From a virus (lineage: Duplodnaviria; Caudoviricetes), in the IMG/VR virus record IMGVR_UViG_3300027533_000036, positions 1 to 48,347 of that record: a stretch of 48,347 nt of DNA, one strand, 5' to 3'. This document shows positions 25,125-35,789 of this stretch, one piece after another. Position 1 is the first letter of the stretch; each line of letters opens with the position of its first letter. Below the pieces are notes generated by a model. That model was not told where the DNA came from. It did not search any database and was given only the letters and a program-made list of their open reading frames with translations. The position numbers were made by a program, and so were the translations under genes.

Positions 25125-25574
25125 TTAAACGTCGGTAGGTTCATCCGTGGTGATGTTGAGGATCGCGGCTGTACCGGCAACGATGTCCATTGCTAAGGTT
25201 GCCGAGATCGTGTTGCCTTTGACTACCGCCTCGACCGTGACGACTGCCGAGCCGAGAGGAGCCGGCGTCGGTGAACTGATTACGCAGGTCATTCCGTCTG
25301 CGCTTGGCTCGACCAAGACAATCGCTGCGTCTGAAGTCGCCCAGGTCGGCGCGGTGTCGAGCTTGGCCGGGTTGCCCTCGGCGGTCTGCGCTTCGAGGTG
25401 TGCTACTGCGGTTTGGCTATCTGTCATCTGCATATTCGTACTCTCTTTCTCCCAGAAGCGCGTAGGCTCTAGGGTTACGCCCGTTATTATCAACTTCTTC
25501 GGCTTCGGCTTTTTCTCTTTCACCTTGATTGTAATGTCTACGTCTACATTGATGTTTTTTGGGAATAGGTTCAT
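25125..25574 (-). CDS. Ig-like (Big_2-like) domain protein
   Basis: TWATSDAAIVLV...GSAVVTVEA beta-sandwich motif. Confidence 0.6.
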   Translation of the reverse strand: MNLFPKNINVDVDITIKVKEKKPKPKKLIITGVTLEPTRFWEKESTNMQMTDSQTAVAHLEAQTAEGNPAKLDTAPTWATSDAAIVLVEPSADGMTCVISSPTPAPLGSAVVTVEAVVKGNTISATLAMDIVAGTAAILNITTDEPTDV

Positions 25575-25575
25575 A

Positions 25576-26688
25576 TCACCTCGGTACTCCGTTGACCGTT
25601 ATGACTGTACTCTTATCCTTCGCGATAGATACCGAATTTCCGGTTACGTTTACGGTTCGATCGGTGCGCACGTCGATGAAGTTGGTTGCCGGCGGCTGTT
25701 CCGGCTGCGGCGGCACCGGCACACCAGGCGGCACGTTGGTGTTGCCTTGCAGCACGGTATTGGTTGCTTGTGGCCCTACGCCGATAGACTGCGCCGTGCC
25801 CTTGTTATTCCACACTGCGTTGTTAATGATTCTGTTCGCGTTGCCGTTGTAAACTAAAATCCCATTGGCACGCGTCGGGTCGCCGTCGCCGAAGTCATGA
25901 AAATTATTGTCTTGGACGAGCGTTTCATTAGGCCCGGTACAACCCCCGGCGCCGCAATATAAATGAACAATCCATGACGGCACGTTGTAAACGTGATTGC
26001 GAAGAATCTGATTGCGCAGGCCATTCCAATAGAACGGATAGCCCCAACACTCGATCTGCGCGCACTTCGTACCGCCTGACAAGTAAGCCGACGCCGGGAA
26101 ACTATCGTGCATTACCATGCCGCTAACTTCGTTGTCGTTGCCGTTGGCCGAGGAGAACCAGCCATCGGGCAAGTTCTTAACTTCTCCGTTGAGGATGCGT
26201 ATGTGATGGCTGTTCGCTTGGATCTTTACCATCACGTATTCGTGCGCGAAGCCGCGAAAGTCAGGCGGCACAAAACCATCAAAGCTGATGCCGTCGAACG
26301 TGATGAAACTCGGGCCATCAAACTCAAAGATAGAACCCCACGGCGACGGTGTAGACTTGAGCGTTACCTGCTCGCCGGGAAACGGCTTGAACAAGGTCGG
26401 CGTGGTTGCCGTGCCACTTGGGAACATCCCATTAAAGCCGGTTTTGTGCAGCGGTTCCTCGTAGATGCCGCTGCGCGCAAGCAACGTATCGCCGCCGATC
26501 ATGCAACCCATCACGAATTGCAGCCTTGGGCCTGCGGGCGTGCTGGCCGTACGTGCGGCGGTACACGTCGAATCTTTGCCTGCAGGCGAAACGTAATAGG
26601 TAGTCGCCGCCTGGACTTGAGCCGTAACGAGCAGAAATAACAGCGTGAGAATTATGGACAAGGCGCCGTCTTTCCGATGTAGCTCCAT
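25576..26688 (-). CDS. Secreted right-handed beta-helix protein (pectin lyase-like)
   Basis: Signal peptide ...AQVQA|ATTYYVSPAGKD, GGDTLLARSGIY, repeated IxNN/GI turns; likely start TTG 26661. Confidence 0.75.
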   Translation of the reverse strand: MELHRKDGALSIILTLLFLLVTAQVQAATTYYVSPAGKDSTCTAARTASTPAGPRLQFVMGCMIGGDTLLARSGIYEEPLHKTGFNGMFPSGTATTPTLFKPFPGEQVTLKSTPSPWGSIFEFDGPSFITFDGISFDGFVPPDFRGFAHEYVMVKIQANSHHIRILNGEVKNLPDGWFSSANGNDNEVSGMVMHDSFPASAYLSGGTKCAQIECWGYPFYWNGLRNQILRNHVYNVPSWIVHLYCGAGGCTGPNETLVQDNNFHDFGDGDPTRANGILVYNGNANRIINNAVWNNKGTAQSIGVGPQATNTVLQGNTNVPPGVPVPPQPEQPPATNFIDVRTDRTVNVTGNSVSIAKDKSTVITVNGVPR

Positions 26689-27131
26689 GAGTCGTTAGTA
26701 TTGAGCCGATACCATTCGGCGCCGGCATTCTTGTGATGAAACACACTGGAACAGTATGCGAGCAGCACACCCGCTGCACCGCCCGCCGGCGCCTGCGTTG
26801 AGCCATTGACGAGCAAATACTTGTCGGTGGAGTTCGGCCCGGTGGTTGCCAACGTCCACACGCGGCCCTTGATGTCGGTAATACTTGGCGATGGCGGCAC
26901 AAATACGCTGCCCCCTGTCGGTGGCGGATCAACAGGAGGTTGCGTTCCCGTGAGGCACGTCACCGGGATTTGCGCCGTGGTGCCGTCGCTCATCGTTAGA
27001 GTTGCCGTGAGGCCGACGCAGTTGAGCGTGGCAGTTTGAGGCAATGCAAGACTAGACAAAGCCAACACGACGACTACGGCCAGAATAAAGCCGTATAAAA
27101 CCTTATGGTCATCAAAACTAAAAAACTTCAT
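26652..27131 (-). CDS. Secreted/membrane-anchored protein
   Basis: N-terminal hydrophobic helix, Pro/Thr linker, SITD..GRVWTL domain. Confidence 0.6.
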   Translation of the reverse strand: MKFFSFDDHKVLYGFILAVVVVLALSSLALPQTATLNCVGLTATLTMSDGTTAQIPVTCLTGTQPPVDPPPTGGSVFVPPSPSITDIKGRVWTLATTGPNSTDKYLLVNGSTQAPAGGAAGVLLAYCSSVFHHKNAGAEWYRLNTNDSWSYIGKTAPCP

Positions 27132-28390
27132 TTCACCCCCAATGCTGGAAACTGAATTGCTAGACCGACAGGAACAGGTTTCGGTGGCGCCGGTGCGCTA
27201 GCAGTAACACGTATCGTTGCTAAACCATTAGCGATTGACGTGACGCTGAAAAATCTTTGGTTGGGAATATCGCTAAACGTATCACCTATATCGAGCGTCC
27301 AATCGCTACCCATGTTGACCCAAGCGTGCAACAGCGAGCTTGTAATGGCGAAGTTGTCGGCGCTGTGAACGAAGATCCCGCAGTAGCCGTTGTTGTACTG
27401 CGTACAACTTCGATAAGCGATCCACCAAAATGACGACTCGCCGCTGCGTGGTATGCGAACCGCTTTTGGTTTGCCGTCCGGTGGAGCGTCAAGCGCGGAA
27501 ATCTCCCAGCTACCCGCTTGCGTCGTGGCGACTATCGTCGGCGTGCCGCTGGCGTCCAACCAGCCCAGTTTGTAACGTTCCCATGCGTTCATGGTGCCTG
27601 CGCTATTGGCCATAATGTCGGTGTGATCGCTGTACTCACCGGCCGCCCCGCAGTTAGGGCAATCCTCACGGCGAGCATGATATAGACCGAAGCCGTGGCC
27701 CTGCTCGTGCGCAATCACGCGGATCGTGTATTGGCCAGCGGTGAACGCCATGAACGGGTTTCCCTCGCTGGCCATGCCCGACCACCCGCAAGACGTGGGA
27801 GCCATCAGCACAACCCAGCCGCGATAGCTGTCCATTGGGTAGCCCTGATCCCGAGCGCCTTGGATTGCTTGGTCGCCTAGCACGGCTAAGTCGCAAGTGC
27901 CGCTTGCCGCCGCAATCTTTACGGGTATCACGTCGCCTTTTTCGTTTGGCGCTTTGATGCCGACGAAGCTCATCAGGTTATAACTTTGCTGCCGATAGTA
28001 GCTGTCAATCTCCACGGCCACATTCTTTGCATCTTGAACCGATAAGCCTGTAACGCCGTCGCTGTAGGTGAGCAGCACGTAGGCCATTGGCTTCGGGCCG
28101 CGATTCGCTGAGATAGGCCCAACCGCAAGCAATTGAATGTCGTCAAGGCTTTCCACTTCAAGCGTGTTGCCTTTGCGGTAACCCTTCACTCTGATTCGCT
28201 GATCGGATTTGAGCTTATGATACGGCGGGAGTTTGAGTTCGATCTCTGTCTTGCCGTCGCGCAGTTTTACTTTTTCCTCAACATGCGTCGGATAGTCGTA
28301 GACTTCCACGCGCACCTTGCCGGTGTGTTCGCTTTTAGGTGCCGCAGCCCCCATCAAGAGAAGCGCAAAGATAAGTAACAAATGTTTCAT
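27128..28390 (-). CDS. Secreted zinc metalloprotease (metzincin, M11/M6-like)
   Basis: Signal peptide; HEQGHGFGLYH (HExxHxxGxxH), EYSDHTDIM Met-turn, KLGWL. Confidence 0.85.
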   Translation of the reverse strand: MKHLLLIFALLLMGAAAPKSEHTGKVRVEVYDYPTHVEEKVKLRDGKTEIELKLPPYHKLKSDQRIRVKGYRKGNTLEVESLDDIQLLAVGPISANRGPKPMAYVLLTYSDGVTGLSVQDAKNVAVEIDSYYRQQSYNLMSFVGIKAPNEKGDVIPVKIAAASGTCDLAVLGDQAIQGARDQGYPMDSYRGWVVLMAPTSCGWSGMASEGNPFMAFTAGQYTIRVIAHEQGHGFGLYHARREDCPNCGAAGEYSDHTDIMANSAGTMNAWERYKLGWLDASGTPTIVATTQAGSWEISALDAPPDGKPKAVRIPRSGESSFWWIAYRSCTQYNNGYCGIFVHSADNFAITSSLLHAWVNMGSDWTLDIGDTFSDIPNQRFFSVTSIANGLATIRVTASAPAPPKPVPVGLAIQFPALGVK

Positions 28391-28890
28391 TGTCTTAGGT
28401 TGAACGTCCCTTCAAGTACCCAAACAGTTGCCTGCATCTCTGCATCCGGCGTACCGGAAACAACGCCGCTGCCGCGCACGAAAATATAGCCACCAGCGGG
28501 GACGCGAAAAACCCCGGGAAGCGTAATGTCTCGCGTCACCGTCGATGACTCTCCCGGCACATGGTGTGTAGCGATTAACACCTTTTCATCTTCCGGTGGG
28601 CTCCCAAACTGACCGCCGCCGTTTTGTGCATAGGTTAAATTCCAAAGCATCTCGGTTCCTAACTTGCTCGATGTCTGAAGCTGAATCGCGTAAATGTTCG
28701 CGCCATTGGGAAAACGAATGCAACTCACGCCGCCGCTTTTGGGGGAGAAGCATGTTGATGCGAAAGCATAACCGTTTGCTCCGGTCCATTCGGCGCCGAT
28801 GCTCACGGGTTGCAAGCGGATAGTCGTGTCTGTCGTTGCCGCTTGCGCGTTTGCGGCCCACAATAAAAGCGCAATGAGTAAAAGTTTCAT
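28387..28890 (-). CDS. Secreted beta-sandwich protein
   Basis: MKLLLIALLLWAANAQA|A signal peptide. Confidence 0.6.
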   Translation of the reverse strand: MKLLLIALLLWAANAQAATTDTTIRLQPVSIGAEWTGANGYAFASTCFSPKSGGVSCIRFPNGANIYAIQLQTSSKLGTEMLWNLTYAQNGGGQFGSPPEDEKVLIATHHVPGESSTVTRDITLPGVFRVPAGGYIFVRGSGVVSGTPDAEMQATVWVLEGTFNLRQ

Positions 28891-28899
28891 AGTTCTCCC

Positions 28900-29523
28900 T
28901 TAGTCTACGTCGCCCGCCGTTACCTTGTTTTGCATAGCTGTTTTTGCTTGCGCCAGCGTTCGCGGCGCCAAGACGGTATGCCGTATGACGATCACGTTCC
29001 ATGTTCCCGAGGCGAGATTGACCGCGGCGCCCGTACCATTGTGCAAACGAATATTGACGGTGTTTGCCGCTGATACATACGCCGTCGCCGTCACGCCAGC
29101 GAGAGTGTACGGCGCGATTGGATGAACAACATCGCCAAACGCAGCACCGGACACGGTAAAGTTCGGCGACGTTAGGCCGGTAGCGTTTGTCATGCTGGCG
29201 GGGTCCCATACCTGTGATGTAATGCCGATCACGTCGTCACGAAGGATATTTAATTCATCGACGAGTACAGCAGCAGCAGCGCGCAACGCCTTGCCGATTC
29301 CTTGCGGGGTATCAATCACCACGTTAGCATTATTGCGAGCAACAACGACGGGCGTGTCTTGCGGGTCGAAAATCGGCGGATCGTCCGGTAACACGATCCC
29401 CGTTTTTATAAATAGCGTCGAACCTTCAACCCAAAAATCGCCCTTTAGAGTATCCAGGCTGTAGCGCGTAGCGAACTTGCCGCCGTCAAAAGCGTTATTG
29501 TTGATTGAGTAGGTCGTTGCCAT
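28900..29523 (-). CDS. Virion structural/fibre-associated protein
   Basis: TVSGAAFGD...AYVSAANTVNIRLHN.TG..VNLASGT motif seen in phage fibre/cement proteins. Confidence 0.55.
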   Translation of the reverse strand: MATTYSINNNAFDGGKFATRYSLDTLKGDFWVEGSTLFIKTGIVLPDDPPIFDPQDTPVVVARNNANVVIDTPQGIGKALRAAAAVLVDELNILRDDVIGITSQVWDPASMTNATGLTSPNFTVSGAAFGDVVHPIAPYTLAGVTATAYVSAANTVNIRLHNGTGAAVNLASGTWNVIVIRHTVLAPRTLAQAKTAMQNKVTAGDVD

Positions 29524-29533
29524 TTTTACTCTC

Positions 29534-31765
29534 TTACCATACGGGAATTTCGCTAACGCTCAGTTGCGCCGCGCCGTCACTCAGCGCCCCGCCGACAAAT
29601 GACGCATTGGTGCCCTTTATTTGATAGCCAGCGAGAGAAACGTTATCGCCTACCGCCCAAATAATTCGAGATAGTGATGGAGTGGTGGGATAGGTATTCG
29701 CTACTGCGGCCCCTTCGCTAAATGCGATTTGCGCGTCGTTCTTCCGAATCTGGGTGATGTTCCGAGCGGATGGATCGCTCGACAAGTCAAAAGCCACAAT
29801 ACCGAAAACGTCATAAATGCCCGCGCGTTGTATATCAATTCTATTCGACCCAGTGTTTGCCATCAGGCCGGTATTGTCAGTATCGGTAGTATCGATCAAC
29901 ACCTTTGTCATCGTTGCTGTTGTCACGCCCGTCTGATTCGCACTCAAATGCATCGATCCAATCATCGAAATCGACTTGCCCGCAACCTTAAACCAGTTCG
30001 ACCCGTCGCAGTAGAGCAATGCGCTTTCACCCGCCCACATAATACGGGTCAACGCGCCATCGATTGTTTCGCTCGCGTTGCCGTCAATAGTGAATAGCTT
30101 AGTCGCCGCTGTGGATATGCGTAGACCAATGAACTTTCCTGTGTTGCCCGACACTGCTGGCAAAGTTACGGTGTAATTCGCCGACGTGCCGCTAATAAGA
30201 TGCTGGCGGCTAATTGTTGCGGTCGCTGTTGTTGTTAGGGCTATCTCGGCACTAACCAAAGATGAAACCCAATCGCCGGAGCCACCACCGATTGCCGTGC
30301 CGCTGGCGATCACATTGCCGGAAGCGTCGAAAGCAAGTTGCTGGCTTGTGGTTTTAGTTCCCGTGACCGTCGCCATCTCGGTCGTATTGCCGCTATAGGT
30401 TCCAACGGTTAGCTTTTTGCCACTGTCCGCAATCACCGGGCGCGAAGCGGTAAGCCCACCGACGATGATATTGCCGTCAGTTTCGATGGATGCTGTCGGC
30501 GAGCCACTCGCATTGTCGATCTTAATGCCGTGCGTCGTGTAGTCACGGATATGGATGCCCGTGCCGACGATCGAAGCCGTTTCATCCCACGGCGAACCGC
30601 TACCACCGACTTGTATTCCCGTAGTGAATCCAACGCCAGGACTGCCGTTGTTGCTTCTCCCCGTGATGCCGAGTCCCACTTGCACCGGGTAGGTATTCGC
30701 CGCTGCGTGTGTCGCATCGATGCCAACGCCTTTGCCCTTTTCAGTGACAATCCACATGCCGCCCGAAGGCGAATCCGCAGGGTTGCCGTTGTAATGATTG
30801 TTGATGACTTCGGTCAGGCCGTTGAGCGAATCGGGTTGAACCGCAATCGGTCCATGAACCGCCCAATCGCCAAGCCATGCACGCCCGGCAGGTCCGATGG
30901 TTTGCGTGTAGCCGGTGCCAATATCAACGCGCATAGCGTTGAGAATGCCGCCGTATTCCGTGTTCGCATCTCCGACGCCTTGAACAACAATAGAAGATGT
31001 AAAATTGTTGAGCGTGCTTTTCGATGCTGCGCCACCCGCCCCATAAACCGTCTGAACTAGAGTATTGTAAGTCGCATCGGTAATAGAAAGATCGGTTTCA
31101 GTAACCGACATATCGAATAGAGCGAGCTTGCCGTTATTTACGCTTGCGGCATTGTTGACTATAAGACTGTTGATGAACCGCCCGCTATTGACTTCTAACC
31201 CGCCTTGCAAAAAGCTCTCACCGCCTGCATCAAGCAGAAAATAAGTAAGATAATTACCCGACGAGAGAAACACGCCGCCGTCATCGTATTGCCCAAGATG
31301 CAAACCGTCGGCAACCGAAGCGCTATAAACCGTGTTGTGAATTGTCAGCGCATCTTTGGTGATCTCGTTGTAAGCCGTGCCAGTGATTATCAGCGTGTCG
31401 TTGGTTTTGTTGTAGACGAGGCCGGGGTCGCCGCCGAACGCGCTGCTGTCATTGAATTGAACCTGCGTGTTTGAGCCGCCCGGGGTGCCGGTGGCTGCGG
31501 CTATCGCATTGTCGAGTTCTTCAAGCACCGCTTGAACGTCGGTTCCTGTGCCGACTAGGGTTGTGCTATCAACAGAGATGGCGCTAGCATCGTGAGCATC
31601 CGTTGCATCGCTGATATGCCCCTGAATGTCGCCGTCCAGCTCGACGATGGCCGCTTGCACGTCCGTCGCTGCAACCGTACCCGCCGGAGTGAACGGTACT
31701 TCTGCCGCAGTCTGATCGTCGGTGCCTGCGCCGCCACCACTACCGGGATTTTGAATATTGCTCAT
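29534..31765 (-). CDS. Tail fibre / receptor-binding protein
   Basis: 743 aa Gly/Thr-rich; two TDVQA(A/V).xELD repeats, PGGSNTQVQFND, TVTLPA..IDGNASETIDG, C-terminal C1q-like domain. Confidence 0.75.
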   Translation of the reverse strand: MSNIQNPGSGGGAGTDDQTAAEVPFTPAGTVAATDVQAAIVELDGDIQGHISDATDAHDASAISVDSTTLVGTGTDVQAVLEELDNAIAAATGTPGGSNTQVQFNDSSAFGGDPGLVYNKTNDTLIITGTAYNEITKDALTIHNTVYSASVADGLHLGQYDDGGVFLSSGNYLTYFLLDAGGESFLQGGLEVNSGRFINSLIVNNAASVNNGKLALFDMSVTETDLSITDATYNTLVQTVYGAGGAASKSTLNNFTSSIVVQGVGDANTEYGGILNAMRVDIGTGYTQTIGPAGRAWLGDWAVHGPIAVQPDSLNGLTEVINNHYNGNPADSPSGGMWIVTEKGKGVGIDATHAAANTYPVQVGLGITGRSNNGSPGVGFTTGIQVGGSGSPWDETASIVGTGIHIRDYTTHGIKIDNASGSPTASIETDGNIIVGGLTASRPVIADSGKKLTVGTYSGNTTEMATVTGTKTTSQQLAFDASGNVIASGTAIGGGSGDWVSSLVSAEIALTTTATATISRQHLISGTSANYTVTLPAVSGNTGKFIGLRISTAATKLFTIDGNASETIDGALTRIMWAGESALLYCDGSNWFKVAGKSISMIGSMHLSANQTGVTTATMTKVLIDTTDTDNTGLMANTGSNRIDIQRAGIYDVFGIVAFDLSSDPSARNITQIRKNDAQIAFSEGAAVANTYPTTPSLSRIIWAVGDNVSLAGYQIKGTNASFVGGALSDGAAQLSVSEIPVW

Positions 31766-32922
31766 CGCATCCCGAACCTTCCGCCCATCATAAGGGTTGA
31801 GCCGACATGGACCGGGCCGGTTGCGGCGGTCGGTAATTCAAATTCAAATGCGCCCGCATCCGGCGCCGAGCCCGCGAACGGCAGGCCGACATAGACGCCG
31901 TAGTTGATCGCAGGGCTTCCCGCCTGTAGCGTAAAGTCTCCCGCCCCGGCATTGGTGAACAGCGGATTGATGCCAACCAAATTATTCGATTGGGTGAGTC
32001 CTGTCGCGCCGGTAAACTCCGTATTTTGGAAATTGTTGTAAGCAATGTTGTTTTTGATGCTGGCGGTATCTGAGGCAACGGCTTCAATGCCATACCAACT
32101 ATTTCCATACACGGTGTTATTATAAATTTGAGCCCCATCGCCAGTAATGGAAATGCCAACGCCGCCGTCGAGGTTTGCGCCGAGATTATTATACGACACG
32201 TTGTTGTAGCAGTGATTGCCACTGCCGATTCCCACCAGGATGCCAGCGGCGGTCACTCGCACCGTGCCGCAATTGTAAACCGTGTTTTCAATAATCGTGT
32301 TGTCGTCGGGCGTATTACCGGGGACACTGCTGTAGTTGTGAATGCCAAACCCGCCGATTTCGTAAATTTCATTCCCTTGAATAATATTGTCACGGCCTTC
32401 GTTATAGACGCCATGACCGGCTGAAATTCCGCCATGAATTTCATTGTCGAGGATTTCAATGTGATGACTATCCGCGCTTATCCCGATATAAACGTGATTG
32501 TTAGAAACACCAGGACCGCCGAACAGATTAGCGTCCTTGATTTCGCAATTTTGCACTCGGACATAGCTAACCGCAGACAATGTGACGAGGCCGGGACCGA
32601 CGTTAGTATCCCCGCCATCGATAATAAATCCGTCGATAATCGCATAGAGCGTGCCGCCAGTGTCTAAGTAGATCGGATGATAACCGCTGAAGGAACTGAT
32701 AGTTGCGACATTGGCCGTTGCAACTATCAGTGTGAACGGATGCGCCCAGGATGTACCGCTTGGCATGTTGTTGTTGACGCTGCGCTCAAGATTGTAATCG
32801 CCGTCATAGACTTCAACGATGTCGTCAGCACCGGCACCGGCCACCGTGCCGATCGATGCCAAGGCATCAAAGATGTTGGTGAAGTCGCCGCCGCCTGCTT
32901 GTTTAACGGTGATGGTGGCCAT
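31762..32922 (-). CDS. Right-handed beta-helix tailspike/depolymerase-like protein
   Basis: TVKQAGGGDF start, repeated IxNNxxYxN/GI, C-terminal PLF...DFTLQAGSPAINYG...PDAGAFE. Confidence 0.75.
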   Translation of the reverse strand: MATITVKQAGGGDFTNIFDALASIGTVAGAGADDIVEVYDGDYNLERSVNNNMPSGTSWAHPFTLIVATANVATISSFSGYHPIYLDTGGTLYAIIDGFIIDGGDTNVGPGLVTLSAVSYVRVQNCEIKDANLFGGPGVSNNHVYIGISADSHHIEILDNEIHGGISAGHGVYNEGRDNIIQGNEIYEIGGFGIHNYSSVPGNTPDDNTIIENTVYNCGTVRVTAAGILVGIGSGNHCYNNVSYNNLGANLDGGVGISITGDGAQIYNNTVYGNSWYGIEAVASDTASIKNNIAYNNFQNTEFTGATGLTQSNNLVGINPLFTNAGAGDFTLQAGSPAINYGVYVGLPFAGSAPDAGAFEFELPTAATGPVHVGSTLMMGGRFGMR

Positions 32923-34252
32923 TAGGGTACTTTTTGTTCTTCGCCGCCCTGAGCCATATAGGCGCGGCCAAATTGAGCGGCGGCGGCTAGACCGGAAACC
33001 GTCACCTTGCCATCTTTGAAAGTTTGTCGCAGTAAATACATTCCAGCAGGGGTTGATGCTGCCGCCGCAATGGGCGTTGAGACAAGATTCAGAAACCTCG
33101 CACCGAGCCCGCCATAAGGCGACGCTTGAGTTCCCATTGTGGCGATTTGCTTGGAAAGACTTTCCAGAAACTTTGCATCACGATAAGGAATAACGCCGCG
33201 GGTCAGCGGATCACTGATTAGCAACTCCGACAACTTCACGTCAGGTCGTGGGTTTGAAAGCACTTTGGAGATTCTTTCGGTTGCCTGCTCACGCCGATAA
33301 AGATCATTAGCTTGCTTGAGCGCCGGAGATACTTTGTCCAATTCGTCAAGTATTTTTGCGCGCGCATTCATTAGTGCTTGGCCAGCTTCGCCCTCGTTGC
33401 TGAGGATCAAATCCTTGGCCTTGGCATACATGCCGTTGATCTGTTTATGAATGTCGGCATATGGGAGAGATCCCTCAGCATCGACAGTGTTCGACAGATT
33501 CTTTAGATACTCCACCGCCGACTTAGGCGCATTCGCTCGCGGAAGTTCATTGATCGCATTGGTAACGGCGCGATTAATTAAATTCGTAGGCACTTCCTCG
33601 GCTGTTGCTCTAACTGCATCGTAGGCCGCACCCGACGCCCTCGGCTCATAGGCTCGATTGATTGCATTGGGTGTGCCGCCTATCCGCTCGACTCCCGCTT
33701 CGACGGCGGCAGTTCGCGTTGCACCTGGATTGACAAATTTACCGATGGCTTTTGCTGTGCCCTTCCGGCGTTAATTAGCGGCCTTCCAATCGCTGGTATC
33801 GCCAACGGTAATGCCGCCGACTTGGCAATCTCTCTAAGACTATAAGGCTCATTGCCGAGCACTTGATTAACTGCTGTGCCCGCCGCTTGAATACCCGCAC
33901 CGGCAAGAGTGCCGACACCGGGGATCATGCTTGCTGCTGCTGCTGCGGTGGGAATTGTCGCATTCTTGAGTGTTTGAAACGCCGGTTCTTGAATCGCTGA
34001 TCGCTGCCGCTCTTTGGTGAAGTCAGAGAGTTTCATCGGCGGCGGCTCAGGCTGCCGACTCTCCAACTTTGTTTTATAGTTTTGTGCGGACTTGAGCTGC
34101 TCATCGAGTTGGCCAATCTGAGATTTCTCCGCCTCTGCCGTCTGTGCCCTATTGAGAGGCGTAAGGTTCTGCCCATCCCACCATGCCTTTTCGCCGGTTT
34201 GTTCGTTGGTAGCTATGTAGCCCGTAGTGGGTATGTAGTCCGTTTCTGCCAT
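32922..34252 (-). CDS. Internal virion/DNA-ejection protein, split by a frameshift near 33760 (ORFs 33680-34252 and 32922-33593)
   Basis: The -1 frame is open from ~33770 into the 32922 ORF; the joined product is ~443 aa. Confidence 0.6.
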
Positions 34253-34253
34253 C

Positions 34254-35777
34254 TTACTTTCTCCCTGGCGGTGGACTCCACCCCGGCGGCGGCGGTGGAA
34301 TGCCGCCCGATCGCCCCGATTCAGGTATCGCCTTGGTTCCTAGCGCGGCATCCAAAGTGCCTCGCAAGAGTTGGCGGCGACTATCAATAATATCCTTGGC
34401 GACTTTCCTATCCATAAAACCATCGGGCAAAAACTTTGATTGGAATTCCTGCTCTGGCACGGCGACATTGGCGGCATCGCCCGCTGCTTTTACAAGAGTG
34501 ACGAGTTGAGACGCCATTATGCCGTAAAACTTTCTCACATCAGAATTGTCGTCAGCATAATAATGCTTTTGAATTTTAGCGTAATTTGCGCCACGATCGA
34601 CCAAGCTAGCACCTTCCGGTAATAGTAGTTTATTGCTTAGTTCTTCCAGTTGATCCAAAAGACCGAAAGCGGATCGCGAGAATGTCACAAATTGTCCGGC
34701 GTTTTTACCATTGAAGGGTCGATAGCCGCGCTTGATAGCTTCGGCCTCTGTCATATCAGGTGATGCGGCAGTGAGCCCTCTCGGCTCGATATAATTTACC
34801 GCCTTCTCTCTTAGCGGCAGATTCATCTCGGCCGTTTCCGTGCCCGCCTTCTTGGCTCCGGCCATTGCCGCCGCTGCTTGCTGTGGTAGCGGCACTCCGG
34901 TCGGTGCGGCGGCTACTGGTGCGGGCTGCGCAATTCCCGGTGCCGCACCCGTTGCGCCCACGGGTGCGGCTGCTTGCGGCTGTCCCGGTGGTTGGAACGG
35001 CGGGATAGGCACGCCCATTTGCGCCGCCGCACGCCCTGTTTCAGTCGCAAATCCTGTGGTTGAACTAGCGCCAAAGAGAGATTGATTGCGTGCCGCTAAG
35101 GCTTCAGCTTGACTTGCACCTCGGGCAATCGCTTCGTGATATATATTATCGGCAGGATTAGACGGATTGAGGCCCGCAAACTGCCAGCCTCGGCTGGTTT
35201 GCGTAAGCCGCGCACCATAAGGGAATGCTTGTTTGAACTCATCTGAATTTTGGTAGTCCAACGCTTCTTTAGAAGTTGCAAAGGCGCGACTAACTGATCC
35301 TCCTGATGCCAATCTAGGATCAGTAGCCCTAAGCGCCCCGGCGATCGCCTGCAACTGTCGCGGTCCAACGCCAAGCCTAACGCCTTCCTCTAACATCATC
35401 CGCAGCGTCGGCTTCTCCCCACCAGTCGGCGCCTCATACACGCCTTGCACGCCGGTAATATCGGGGTTGCCAGGATTGTTCGGCAACGCTTCCGGCGCAA
35501 TCTGCTGATTGCCTTGGGCTTCTGCGGTGAGTCCTTGATTCATCGCCCCCGGCGTTTCAGTTCCCGGTATGACCGTGTTGGCATAGTCGCCGAGCTTTTG
35601 CCGGGCGGTGTTTTCCTGATTGAATTGGTCGAGCGCCAACTGCTGCTGTTGCGCTTGCAATTCCAGCGATCTGGCCCGGTCGCTGGCTTGACGCATGGAT
35701 AGGCCAAGGCCAACGCCTTTGGAGAACTCATCGAAAAACGATGGTCGAGGATGATAGTAAGGATTGCCGTCTGCCAT
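34254..35777 (-). CDS. Internal virion/DNA-ejection protein (P22 gp20-like position)
   Basis: Gln/Ala/Pro-rich helical protein, C-terminal PPPPPGW. Confidence 0.6.
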   Translation of the reverse strand: MADGNPYYHPRPSFFDEFSKGVGLGLSMRQASDRARSLELQAQQQQLALDQFNQENTARQKLGDYANTVIPGTETPGAMNQGLTAEAQGNQQIAPEALPNNPGNPDITGVQGVYEAPTGGEKPTLRMMLEEGVRLGVGPRQLQAIAGALRATDPRLASGGSVSRAFATSKEALDYQNSDEFKQAFPYGARLTQTSRGWQFAGLNPSNPADNIYHEAIARGASQAEALAARNQSLFGASSTTGFATETGRAAAQMGVPIPPFQPPGQPQAAAPVGATGAAPGIAQPAPVAAAPTGVPLPQQAAAAMAGAKKAGTETAEMNLPLREKAVNYIEPRGLTAASPDMTEAEAIKRGYRPFNGKNAGQFVTFSRSAFGLLDQLEELSNKLLLPEGASLVDRGANYAKIQKHYYADDNSDVRKFYGIMASQLVTLVKAAGDAANVAVPEQEFQSKFLPDGFMDRKVAKDIIDSRRQLLRGTLDAALGTKAIPESGRSGGIPPPPPGWSPPPGRK

Positions 35778-35789
35778 TGTGATTTTACC

